Source: Thermoplasmatota archaeon (GTDB lineage Archaea > Thermoplasmatota > Thermoplasmata > Halarchaeoplasmatales > Halarchaeoplasmataceae). From it: 64,000 nt of DNA. The translations under genes were made by a program, and so were the position numbers. The notes below the pieces were generated by a model, which worked only from the letters and a program-made list of their open reading frames with translations, made no database searches and had not been told where the DNA came from. The stretch lies in NCBI GenBank assembly GCA_018334835.1, contig JAGXLF010000001.1, forward strand, positions 32,879-96,878. The letters are read 5' to 3'. Positions 37,160 through 45,446 of the stretch are shown here, piece after piece (the stretch's first letter is position 1; each line of letters starts with the position of its first letter).

Positions 37160-37603
37160 ATGAAGTTATCAAAAACATTCGACAAAGCTCTTTGGGTCTT
37201 TCATCTTAACAGTGGCTCATGTAATGCCTGCGATATTGAGATTGTAGCCGCAATAACTCCACGTTACGACACGGAACGATTCGGTATCAAACTTGTAGGT
37301 ACTCCTAGACACGCAGACGTACTTCTTTTTACGGGCCCCGTTACAAAAAAGATGAAGGATAGGGTACTACGAGTTTATGAACAAACTCCCGAGCCAAAAG
37401 TGGTATTGGTTGTTGGAAATTGTGGTTCTACAACCGGGGTATATTATGACAGCTATGGAATCGAGGGACCATTAGACGAGTTGTTACCCGAGGATGCGAA
37501 TATAATCTACGCTAATGGCTGTCCCGTCAGGCCTGAAAACATAATAAATGGTGTAAAGGAAGCCTGGCTTTTCTTAGAAAAAGTCAGGGGGGATAATGAA
37601 TGA
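37160..37603 (+). CDS. mbhJ: MbhJ, [NiFe] hydrogenase small subunit (NuoB-like)
   Basis: NuoB-type [4Fe-4S] ligands: GSCNACDIE, GNCGS, GCPVRP. Confidence 0.9.
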   Translation: MKLSKTFDKALWVFHLNSGSCNACDIEIVAAITPRYDTERFGIKLVGTPRHADVLLFTGPVTKKMKDRVLRVYEQTPEPKVVLVVGNCGSTTGVYYDSYGIEGPLDELLPEDANIIYANGCPVRPENIINGVKEAWLFLEKVRGDNE

Positions 37604-38187
37604 ATGAAATTGAATTACCGATGGGTTTGGATGAATTTGGAGCATATTTCAAGGAAAGATTGGGCGAACAAATCTTGAATTTCAAGAAAGAAAAGATTGA
37701 AAAGGGCGTTGATAAGAACGAAATCAAATTTATTTGGATGACAGTTGAAAAAGAAGCTTTCAGGGAAGCCGTTAGAGCTATTGCTGAGATACAAATCCCT
37801 CATCTTTCTGTGGCTTCGGGGTCTGATAAAGGAGAATTTGTAGAACTGATTTATCATTTTGAAGTCAATTTTTCTTATCCTGGTGAGGAGACCACTATAA
37901 ACCTGAAAGTACACCTTTCAAAAGATGATTTAACGATACCTACGATAACCGATATAATTCCTGGTGCGCTCACTACTGAAAGAGAGAAGCAGGAATTTTT
38001 AGGGATAGATGTGATAGATATCCCTGACGATAGACGTCTTTGGTTGGATGAAAATTATCCTGAAGATAGATATCCATGGAGATGGGATGAGAAAGGGATG
38101 GAGGATATGTCAAGACACATCCATGAAAATGAGGAGACTCTAGAAGAGCCAGTAGCTGAAAGGTCTAAGAAGGAAGGAGGTGATTAA
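37600..38187 (+). CDS. mbhK: MbhK (NuoC-like)
   Basis: NuoC-like block ERE(K)QEFLGI..PDDRRLWL. Position fits the operon. Confidence 0.8.
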   Translation: MNEIELPMGLDEFGAYFKERLGEQILNFKKEKIEKGVDKNEIKFIWMTVEKEAFREAVRAIAEIQIPHLSVASGSDKGEFVELIYHFEVNFSYPGEETTINLKVHLSKDDLTIPTITDIIPGALTTEREKQEFLGIDVIDIPDDRRLWLDENYPEDRYPWRWDEKGMEDMSRHIHENEETLEEPVAERSKKEGGD

Positions 38188-38188
38188 G

Positions 38189-39442
38189 ATGGACGAAAAA
38201 GATGGGGAAGAAACGACTTATGAAGTTCCTATAGGTCCTATTCACCCCGCGTTAAAAGAACCATTTCTTATAAAATTCAAGCTCGATGGAGAAGAGATAG
38301 TAGATGCCGATCCTCATCCCGGTATGAATCATAGGGGTATAGAGTTTATGGGAATGCATCGGAATCCGGTGAAAGTCATACCTCTATCTGAGAGGATATG
38401 CGGAATATGCTCAATAGTTCATCAGCACATGTACACTACAGCGGTAGAACATGCGGTTGATATTGTTCCCACTAACAGAGCAAGATATATAAGGACTATA
38501 ATGATGGAACTGGAGAGGATCCATTCTCACGTTCTATGGGCTGGTGTTGCAGCTCATGAGATAGGTTTCGACACTCATCTTCACTTTACTTGGAAGATCA
38601 GGGAGAAAGTGATGGATCTTTTGGAGAAGATATCGGGTAATAGAGTCAATTATTCTATGTGGACTTTTGGAGGAGTGAGAAGAGATATAACCGAAGACAT
38701 GCACCCGGATATAGACGAGACCTTAGATTATTATCTAGATCTGTATGACAAGCTTGAAGATATATTCTTGGGCGATCCGAGTATAAGGCACAGGACTAAA
38801 AACATAGGGATATTGACCGAAGAGGACGCGATGAAGCTATGCGGTGTAGGTCCCACGGTTAGAGCTTCTGGTGTGAAAAAAGACGTGAGGATCGATCAAC
38901 CTTACGCCGCTTATGGGGATCTGGATATAGATTACGTTATCCCGTCGAGATATGATTATGAAGATGTTGGTGACGTATTTTCGAAGACCCTAGTGAGGCT
39001 GAAAGAAGTGGTTCAGTCGATAAATATAATTCGGCAGTGTGTCGAGAAAATGCCTGAGGGCGAGATAACGAGTGAACCTAATATGGCAGCTTTACTAAAT
39101 AAGCTCAAAAGTGCAGAAGGTGAAGGAGTGGGAAGGATCGAAGCTCCAAGAGGCGAAGCCATGCACTACGTGAGATTGGTAGAAGACAACGAAGACGTGG
39201 ATTGTTGGAAGGTTAGGGCTTCGACCTACAATAACTTGGCGACTTATGCCCCGATGTTTCTTGGAGAACAGATAGCCGACATCCCAATCATAGCTGCTAG
39301 TATCGATCCATGTATAGGATGTATGGATCGGGCCGAGATCGTCGATGTCAATACCGGCGAGAAAGAAGAGTATACCGATGAAGAGCTTCATGAATTATCT
39401 GTACAAAAGACCGAAAGGATGTTGGGAGGGATAGATGAATGA
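38189..39442 (+). CDS. mbhL: MbhL, group 4 [NiFe] hydrogenase large subunit (NuoD-like)
   Basis: N-terminal Ni-Fe ligand motif RICGICSIVH and C-terminal DPCIGC are both present. Start at ATG 38189 (GTG 38180 overlaps the mbhK stop). Confidence 0.92.
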   Translation: MDEKDGEETTYEVPIGPIHPALKEPFLIKFKLDGEEIVDADPHPGMNHRGIEFMGMHRNPVKVIPLSERICGICSIVHQHMYTTAVEHAVDIVPTNRARYIRTIMMELERIHSHVLWAGVAAHEIGFDTHLHFTWKIREKVMDLLEKISGNRVNYSMWTFGGVRRDITEDMHPDIDETLDYYLDLYDKLEDIFLGDPSIRHRTKNIGILTEEDAMKLCGVGPTVRASGVKKDVRIDQPYAAYGDLDIDYVIPSRYDYEDVGDVFSKTLVRLKEVVQSINIIRQCVEKMPEGEITSEPNMAALLNKLKSAEGEGVGRIEAPRGEAMHYVRLVEDNEDVDCWKVRASTYNNLATYAPMFLGEQIADIPIIAASIDPCIGCMDRAEIVDVNTGEKEEYTDEELHELSVQKTERMLGGIDE

Positions 39443-40449
39443 ATCTTGAAGTATTGATAGAAGGATGGTTTTTCAAGGTTGTACTTACGGTATTAGTCTC
39501 TTTCATCGGTGTATTCTTAGGTCTTCTCTACAAAGGATTTGACAGAAAGATAACTGCTATGATGCAGTCGAGGATCGGTCCTCCATGGATTCAACCTTTT
39601 AGAGACGTGAAAAAACTATTCATGAAGGAAACTATCATACCAGATACCGCAATACCGTGGCTTTTCAACGCAGCACCTATCGTTGCTCTAGTCGCACCAC
39701 TTATAGCGCTCGCTTACCTTCCTTTGGGCCCTTTCGGTCCGATCATGGAGGGCTATGGAGGCCTAATTTTACTGCTCTACCTTCTTGCGATCCCAGCTGT
39801 TGCCATGGCATTTGGTGGATTGGCAAGCGGATCCCCTTATGCGACGGTAGGGTCTCAGCGTGAATTGGTCCTTATGATGAGCTATGAATTGCCGTTAGCT
39901 ATAACTGCTGTAGCCCTTGCATTCAATTATGAGACATTTTCTATAGCAACAATCTCGTCTGAACCTGTTTGGAATAGTGTAGGGATGATGGGTGGGATTG
40001 GATTCGCCCTCATACTTGCGGCGCTCTTTGCCGTTATGCCCGGAGAGTTGTCTAAAGTTCCTTTCGATCAAGCTGAAGCAGAAACAGAGCTCGCAGGGGG
40101 ACTATTCGTGGAATATTCAGGTAGAAATTTGGGTATTTTCTACATAGCAGAAGTTGTCAAGATGGTCGTCGTGGGCGCTTTCCTAATAGCACTGTTCTTT
40201 CCATACAACCTCTCATCTTTGTACAGTTTTGGAGGACCGGAGATAAATGGAATGATGCTTTGGAATGTGATAGTGGATACTGCCTTCTTCTTGTTCAAAC
40301 TTTTGATAATAATATATGTAGCCGTTTCTGTAATAAGGGTCGGCTTTGCAAGGTTCCAGATAAATAAAGCTAGTTATTTTTACTGGGTGCCGATGACGAT
40401 TATCTCTTTATTGGGAATGCTTCTGGTCGTTGTAGGAGGAGCAGCATGA
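39439..40449 (+). CDS. mbhM: MbhM (NuoH-like membrane subunit)
   Basis: 336 aa with 8 TM segments and NuoH/HycD-like blocks (MQSRIGP, AEAETEL). Confidence 0.85.
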   Translation: MNLEVLIEGWFFKVVLTVLVSFIGVFLGLLYKGFDRKITAMMQSRIGPPWIQPFRDVKKLFMKETIIPDTAIPWLFNAAPIVALVAPLIALAYLPLGPFGPIMEGYGGLILLLYLLAIPAVAMAFGGLASGSPYATVGSQRELVLMMSYELPLAITAVALAFNYETFSIATISSEPVWNSVGMMGGIGFALILAALFAVMPGELSKVPFDQAEAETELAGGLFVEYSGRNLGIFYIAEVVKMVVVGAFLIALFFPYNLSSLYSFGGPEINGMMLWNVIVDTAFFLFKLLIIIYVAVSVIRVGFARFQINKASYFYWVPMTIISLLGMLLVVVGGAA

Positions 40450-40460
40450 GGTGATAAGAT

Positions 40461-40865
40461 ATGCCAACAACTACGATATATACACTCATAAAACAGCTTT
40501 TGACCAAGAAAGCTACGAATCCATTTCCGGTCAAATATACGCCAGATAATATGCATGCAGCAGCTGAGCTGATAGAAAAAGGCGAAGTAGAGATAAACCC
40601 ACCTGTAGAGATACCCGAAAACTATAGGGGTAAGATAAAATATGACAAGGAATGCTGCATAGGCTGCAAACTATGTGTTAGGGTTTGCCCTTCGGAAGCT
40701 CTTATATTCAAGGAGGACGAGAGCAAAGTCAAGCATTACGTTTCAAGGTGTACCTTCTGCGGTCAGTGCGTGGATATATGTCCGCAGGACTGTTTTGAGT
40801 TCACCGACGAATTCCTAGTTGCCGGGCTCGACAAAGAATCGGAAGATCTGGTCATAAACCCCTGA
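40461..40865 (+). CDS. mbhN: MbhN, 2x[4Fe-4S] subunit (NuoI-like)
   Basis: CIGCKLCVRVCP and CTFCGQCVDICP. Confidence 0.88.
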   Translation: MPTTTIYTLIKQLLTKKATNPFPVKYTPDNMHAAAELIEKGEVEINPPVEIPENYRGKIKYDKECCIGCKLCVRVCPSEALIFKEDESKVKHYVSRCTFCGQCVDICPQDCFEFTDEFLVAGLDKESEDLVINP

Positions 40866-40878
40866 TAATCTAAAAATA

Positions 40879-41331
40879 TCACTTCTTTTTCAACTTTGGT
40901 ATGTCCCTCCATCTTCCAGAGTTTAGTAACTCTATCATTTTATTTTTTGCCTTTTTTAACTCTGGAGTCATGCCCTCTTTCAAACTCATATCTTTCGGTT
41001 GTATCCCTATCAAGAAGACCTCACCTACTTTTTTATCTAAGAAATCCATGACCGTCGATAAAGGCAGAGCGTGAGTGCTCATCGTGAAGACCCCTAGAAG
41101 TTCTCTCGGCACGATCCTAATCTCGCCTGGTTCTAGCTCCATATGGGCCGCGTCAACTATCACCACAAGCTCGTATAGATCCTCTTCGATCAACGTTATA
41201 TGGTTTTCAGGGACCGATCCGCAATCGATAGTGTCCCACTCTTTACTGTCAAATTCTCTTACTACTGCCTCACCTACAGCGTCGTCTCCCCTGATATCGT
41301 TTCCTACTCCTAATAGTAGTTTATCGGGCAT
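40879..41331 (-). CDS. hycI: Hydrogenase maturation endopeptidase (HycI/HyaD family)
   Basis: LLLGVGNDIRGDDAVG metal-binding block. Start moved to ATG 41331 (MPDKLLL) to remove the overlap with the divergent gene. Confidence 0.85.
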   Translation of the reverse strand: MPDKLLLGVGNDIRGDDAVGEAVVREFDSKEWDTIDCGSVPENHITLIEEDLYELVVIVDAAHMELEPGEIRIVPRELLGVFTMSTHALPLSTVMDFLDKKVGEVFLIGIQPKDMSLKEGMTPELKKAKNKMIELLNSGRWRDIPKLKKK

Positions 41332-41418
41332 GGTGAATCCAATCACTTTGGGTATATAGGATTTTACCCTACTAACATGCGAAAATTTTTTAGATTCATA
41401 CCTATATTTCATAGGCAG

Positions 41419-42333
41419 ATGGAAGATAAATTAGAAAAAATAAAAAAATTGTTAGATCTTTCTAATGGATCAGATTTTGATAAATATGCTGAAAAGAACC
41501 TTAAAAACCGCCTTTACAAGTGGAAAAATGCAGATATAGAGTATCTTTCTGATCTAGAATATTTCATAAACGGTAAAAAATACAGTAGTTTGTTCGATGC
41601 CTTTTATGAAGTTGAAGATATAGAGAAGATGAAGCTCAGATTTTTGAATCCTAATTTAGATGGCCCTTGGAATTTCTCCAAACCTACTAAAGAGTTGAAG
41701 GAGAAGGGTTGTAAAGGTGTTTGTAAGACTTTTGAATATGACCCCACCTCGCTCGATAAATGGTCACGAGCTAAAAACTCTGATATGGAGAAGGTTATGA
41801 TCCGAGCATTTATAGAAGATTTTTACGTCCCTATCTCTATTAATACAAAATCTAAATATCACCATGCAGAGGATATACCTCGACAGTATTGCCCTCGCCT
41901 TAAAGAACTCCGAGAGCTGTGGGAGGATATCAGAAACGGCGTCGTCCCTTTTGTTATAAGATTATGCATCTATACGAAGAAAGATAGATATCCTTTGCTT
42001 TTAGATGTTATCGATGATAAGTTGAAACCTCACCCCTTAGGTAAGATAACTAGAGTAAAGAGAGTTGATAGGGGCGCTTTAGAATACATGAATTTCGATA
42101 AAGTGTATGCTTGGATAGATCTACCTCTACTGACTAAAAAAATATTTGAACTACTATTCGAGACTCAAGAGATGACGATCTTTGACTTGGCCGATCGCTT
42201 GAAGTTAGATAAAGCAGTAGCTGAGAACAACCTAAGTAGTCTAGAAACCAAAGGTCTTGTTAATGAAAAGAAAGAAATATCGTATGAAATAAATATGGAT
42301 AGAATAGAAGAGATCGCAGAAGGCCTAGATTGA
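41419..42333 (+). CDS. Hypothetical protein with C-terminal winged-helix DNA-binding domain
   Basis: The C-terminal MTIFDLADRLKLDKAVAENNLSSLETKGLV is wHTH-like. The N-terminal ~230 aa are unrecognised. Start probably ATG 41419. Confidence 0.5.
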   Translation: MEDKLEKIKKLLDLSNGSDFDKYAEKNLKNRLYKWKNADIEYLSDLEYFINGKKYSSLFDAFYEVEDIEKMKLRFLNPNLDGPWNFSKPTKELKEKGCKGVCKTFEYDPTSLDKWSRAKNSDMEKVMIRAFIEDFYVPISINTKSKYHHAEDIPRQYCPRLKELRELWEDIRNGVVPFVIRLCIYTKKDRYPLLLDVIDDKLKPHPLGKITRVKRVDRGALEYMNFDKVYAWIDLPLLTKKIFELLFETQEMTIFDLADRLKLDKAVAENNLSSLETKGLVNEKKEISYEINMDRIEEIAEGLD

Positions 42334-42339
42334 AGTGAT

Positions 42340-42831
42340 TCAAGTTTCTTCTTCTATCAAATCCCCTATAGTCAACCCTTCCGTTTTCTCCGATGTTTTG
42401 GTCGGCGTTCTCTCTATTTTTTCTGTCAATTTGATGTCTAAAGTATTCTCTAGTTTTTTTCTCAGATCCTCGCTCGGTCTCATGTCTTCTTTCTCTAATT
42501 TTGATATGACAGATTTCTTTTCATTGATCTTCTTTGCGAGTTCTTCCTGGGTTAGATCGTCTTCTAGTCTAGCGTTCTCTATTCTCTCTGAATAATCTAA
42601 AGCCAATTCTTCGATCTTTTCCTCATATTTATTTGATGATCCACTCGTTCTTTTTTTGTTTTTTATTCTTTGAAGTACCTGTTTAGTTGACTGATTTTTT
42701 TTCTCAGAAGTGAGTACTTCCTTTCCATACTTTTTGCAGTCTTCACACACTTCCATCTCTGAGCCTTCCACCTTGACAGTCGTTGTTTTACTAACCTCCT
42801 TACCACAAAGTTCACAGGTCATAGGACACAC
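42340..42831 (-). CDS. mbf1: Archaeal multiprotein bridging factor 1 (MBF1)
   Basis: N-terminal zinc ribbon CELCG..CEDC plus a C-terminal Cro/C1 HTH (LTQEELAKKINEKKSVISKLE). Confidence 0.85.
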   Translation of the reverse strand: MCPMTCELCGKEVSKTTTVKVEGSEMEVCEDCKKYGKEVLTSEKKNQSTKQVLQRIKNKKRTSGSSNKYEEKIEELALDYSERIENARLEDDLTQEELAKKINEKKSVISKLEKEDMRPSEDLRKKLENTLDIKLTEKIERTPTKTSEKTEGLTIGDLIEEET

Positions 42832-43046
42832 CCAATTAAAATGATAGACTTCTTCTTTTCACTTCTATAATGGTTTACAGAGATTTAAAACTTGTCTATT
42901 TTCGAAACTGTCAACTTTTTAGTGAAATTTTGGATTTGCTATCAACCTCGATTCCTTGTCAGATTTATATCTTTTCTCTGCGAGGTGGGATTCCATACCT
43001 TCCCGAAAAGATAAAAACTAGTATATAGTTGGGATAATGAACAAAG

Positions 43047-43652
43047 ATGAGTCGGATGCCCTTCTATCTCAAGGAGAGGATAGAAGAGATTAAAAAAAGA
43101 AATATACATCAGAAGGAGCTGAGTAAGCGGTTACCTACTTGGGAGAAAATAGTGATCACCTGGATTACTGTTCTGATATTTTGGTTGATTGTGAGCGGTA
43201 ATCTGTCTTGGCAAAATTTTGTAGTTGGAGGAGTGATCGCCATTTTGATTTCGGTTTTGATGTATGAAAATCTAACCGACGATTTGAGGATCGAGGGTTC
43301 CTTGGTGAAAAAAATATTTTACCTCATTTTCATCCAGGTACCAGAGTATGTCTTCATAATGATCTTTCAGTTGGTTGAGAGTAATATAAAAGTGGCTAAA
43401 CACGCATTATTTTTGGATTTCAATCCAGGTATTGTGAAGATAAAAAGTGACCTCAGATCAGATACTGGTACAACTCTCCTCGCAAACTCAATAACTTTGA
43501 CCCCAGGTACACTTACTGTAGATGTGGATAAAAAAATGGATAAAACGTGTATTTACGTACATTGGATAGATGTTAAAACACTCGACCGAAATGAATCTGG
43601 AGATAGGATAAAGGGTGATGTGGAAAGATGGTTGAAGAAAATATTCTGGTAA
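43047..43652 (+). CDS. mrpE: MrpE-like subunit (cluster 2)
   Basis: ANSITLTPGTLTVD block identical in type to MbhA, with a ~40-aa N-terminal extension. Confidence 0.8.
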   Translation: MSRMPFYLKERIEEIKKRNIHQKELSKRLPTWEKIVITWITVLIFWLIVSGNLSWQNFVVGGVIAILISVLMYENLTDDLRIEGSLVKKIFYLIFIQVPEYVFIMIFQLVESNIKVAKHALFLDFNPGIVKIKSDLRSDTGTTLLANSITLTPGTLTVDVDKKMDKTCIYVHWIDVKTLDRNESGDRIKGDVERWLKKIFW

Positions 43653-43909
43653 ATCCTCTATGGTGGACCGTAATAATCCTTTTAGGTACCAGTTTCGCCC
43701 TGTTTTATAGGGTAATAATGGGGCCTACATTACCTGACAGGATAATCGGAATAAATACGATAACCACAAAGATAGTGGTCGGTATCGCCGTCATATCTAT
43801 AGTTACTGAACAATATTTTTTGATAGATCTCGCTATAGTGTTGTTGATGGTCAATACTGTAGGGGGACTGATTCTAGCTAAACATTTTGAGAGAGGTGGC
43901 GAAGTATGA
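43628..43909 (+). CDS. mrpF: MrpF-like subunit (cluster 2)
   Basis: 93 aa, 3 TM segments, GPTLPDRIIGINT block. Confidence 0.78.
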   Translation: MVEENILVNPLWWTVIILLGTSFALFYRVIMGPTLPDRIIGINTITTKIVVGIAVISIVTEQYFLIDLAIVLLMVNTVGGLILAKHFERGGEV

Positions 43910-44226
43910 ACATGGAATTGATTCTGCTGATACTGGGTAATGCTATAATGATATTCGGTGCGATAGGCGTTCTTCGTTTTCCCGATTTATATACTCGCCT
44001 ACATGCCTCTACCAAGACCGATACCGGAGGAGCGATGAGTATCCTGATAGCTACCGCACTGTTGGCTACCATTGCACCCTGGACGATCAGGCTGAAGCTT
44101 TTGATATTGACTCTATTGATAGCCATGATAAATCCGATGATTTCACACGCGATAGCTAGAGGCGCGCATAAAAGCGGGATAAAACCGATTGCGGTGGTGG
44201 ATATGTATGCTAAGGATAATCCGTGA
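43906..44226 (+). CDS. mrpG: MrpG-like subunit (cluster 2)
   Basis: VLRFPDLYTRLHASTK block. Confidence 0.8.
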   Translation: MNMELILLILGNAIMIFGAIGVLRFPDLYTRLHASTKTDTGGAMSILIATALLATIAPWTIRLKLLILTLLIAMINPMISHAIARGAHKSGIKPIAVVDMYAKDNP

Positions 44227-44233
44227 GTTGGTA

Positions 44234-44452
44234 ATGATCGCGATGATAATAATCGCCATCATCATCGTGTCCGAAAGAAAATCTATAAGGGCTGTTATGG
44301 AATTGGCCCTCTTCAGTCTTATGTTTGTGTCAGCACTGTTCTTGCTGAAGGCGCCTGATGTGGCTCTATCGGCCATAGTAGTGGGTGCTATATTGTTAGG
44401 TATATTTCTTTACACAATCCAGGAGGTGGAAGGATTAGGAGACATTTGGTAG
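44234..44452 (+). CDS. MbhD-like (MrpB N-terminal-like) subunit (cluster 2)
   Basis: LKAPDVALSAIVVGA block. Start moved to ATG 44234, just after the mrpG stop. Confidence 0.7.
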   Translation: MIAMIIIAIIIVSERKSIRAVMELALFSLMFVSALFLLKAPDVALSAIVVGAILLGIFLYTIQEVEGLGDIW

Positions 44453-44721
44453 CTTTAATATTGGTACTGATATTGGGAAGTATGCTGGTTACGTTAGATT
44501 ATTCCCGAGAAGTCAACACCGAAGATGGAGAAAAGCCCACCAGTTATGAACACTATGTCGATAACTGGGAAGATGTGGGAGCAGCTAACTTGGTGGTTGC
44601 GGTGCTGATGGACTGGAGAGCATATGACACTATGGGGGAAGCTATAATTCTTTTCACCTCTATTTTCGGTTTCTATGTATTATTGGGAGGTGATGAAGAT
44701 GAAGATGTCGACGGTGGTTAG
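44446..44721 (+). CDS. MbhE-like subunit (cluster 2)
   Basis: NLVVAVLMDWRAYDTMGE block, parallel to MbhE. TTG start. Confidence 0.7.
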   Translation: MVALILVLILGSMLVTLDYSREVNTEDGEKPTSYEHYVDNWEDVGAANLVVAVLMDWRAYDTMGEAIILFTSIFGFYVLLGGDEDEDVDGG

Positions 44722-45121
44722 AAAAAGCTCAAAGATTATTGCACCTTTTTTATTCACGTATGGGGCCTATCTCATTATATATGGTCATCTGAGCCCAGGA
44801 GGTGGCTTTCAGGGCGGAGTCATCTTGGCTGTAGGTGTTGTTCTTTTATTAACCTCACATGGATATAGATTGGTTCGAAGTACTTTCCGAGAAAGATTGG
44901 TCAAGATGATAGAGAGCAGTGCCGCTCTAGGAATAGTTATTTTAGGTCTTACGGGACTAATATTCAACGCATTCTTTTATAATTATCTAAGAGGAGGGAC
45001 TATTGGTACACTTTTCAGTGGAGGCACTATTGTGATTTTTAATATATTGGTTGGGCTCAAGATTGGAACTGGATTTACGATTGTATTCTACATTCTTCTA
45101 AGGAGGATGGAACGTGATTGA
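44693..45121 (+). CDS. mrpB: MrpB/MbhF-like subunit (cluster 2)
   Basis: YGHLSPGGGFQGG block. Start probably ATG 44693 after SD GGAGGTG. Confidence 0.78.
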   Translation: MKMKMSTVVRKSSKIIAPFLFTYGAYLIIYGHLSPGGGFQGGVILAVGVVLLLTSHGYRLVRSTFRERLVKMIESSAALGIVILGLTGLIFNAFFYNYLRGGTIGTLFSGGTIVIFNILVGLKIGTGFTIVFYILLRRMERD

Positions 45122-45446
45122 ATCGATAACTGGAGGTTATCTGACAGCTCCTATCACCGGTGTGATCTTGATCGTGATAGGACTCTATGGATTGATGGTC
45201 AAAAGAGATCTGATCCAGCAGGTGATATCTATCAATATAATTTCTCCTGGAGTAGTCCTTTACTTTACCGGCCTTGGTTATATTCCTGGGGCGGAGGCTC
45301 CACTTTTCCCTAATACTAATGTAGTCGATCCGATTCCTGCCACCCTCATGCTAACCACACTTGTGATAGATGTAGCAGTGACCTCGTTCGCACTCGCACT
45401 TATCATAAAGATAGAAGAAATAGAGGTAAGGAGGGATGAAGATTGA
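45114..45446 (+). CDS. mrpC: MrpC/NuoK-like subunit (cluster 2)
   Basis: 110 aa, 3 TM segments, GTG start. Confidence 0.78.
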   Translation: MIESITGGYLTAPITGVILIVIGLYGLMVKRDLIQQVISINIISPGVVLYFTGLGYIPGAEAPLFPNTNVVDPIPATLMLTTLVIDVAVTSFALALIIKIEEIEVRRDED

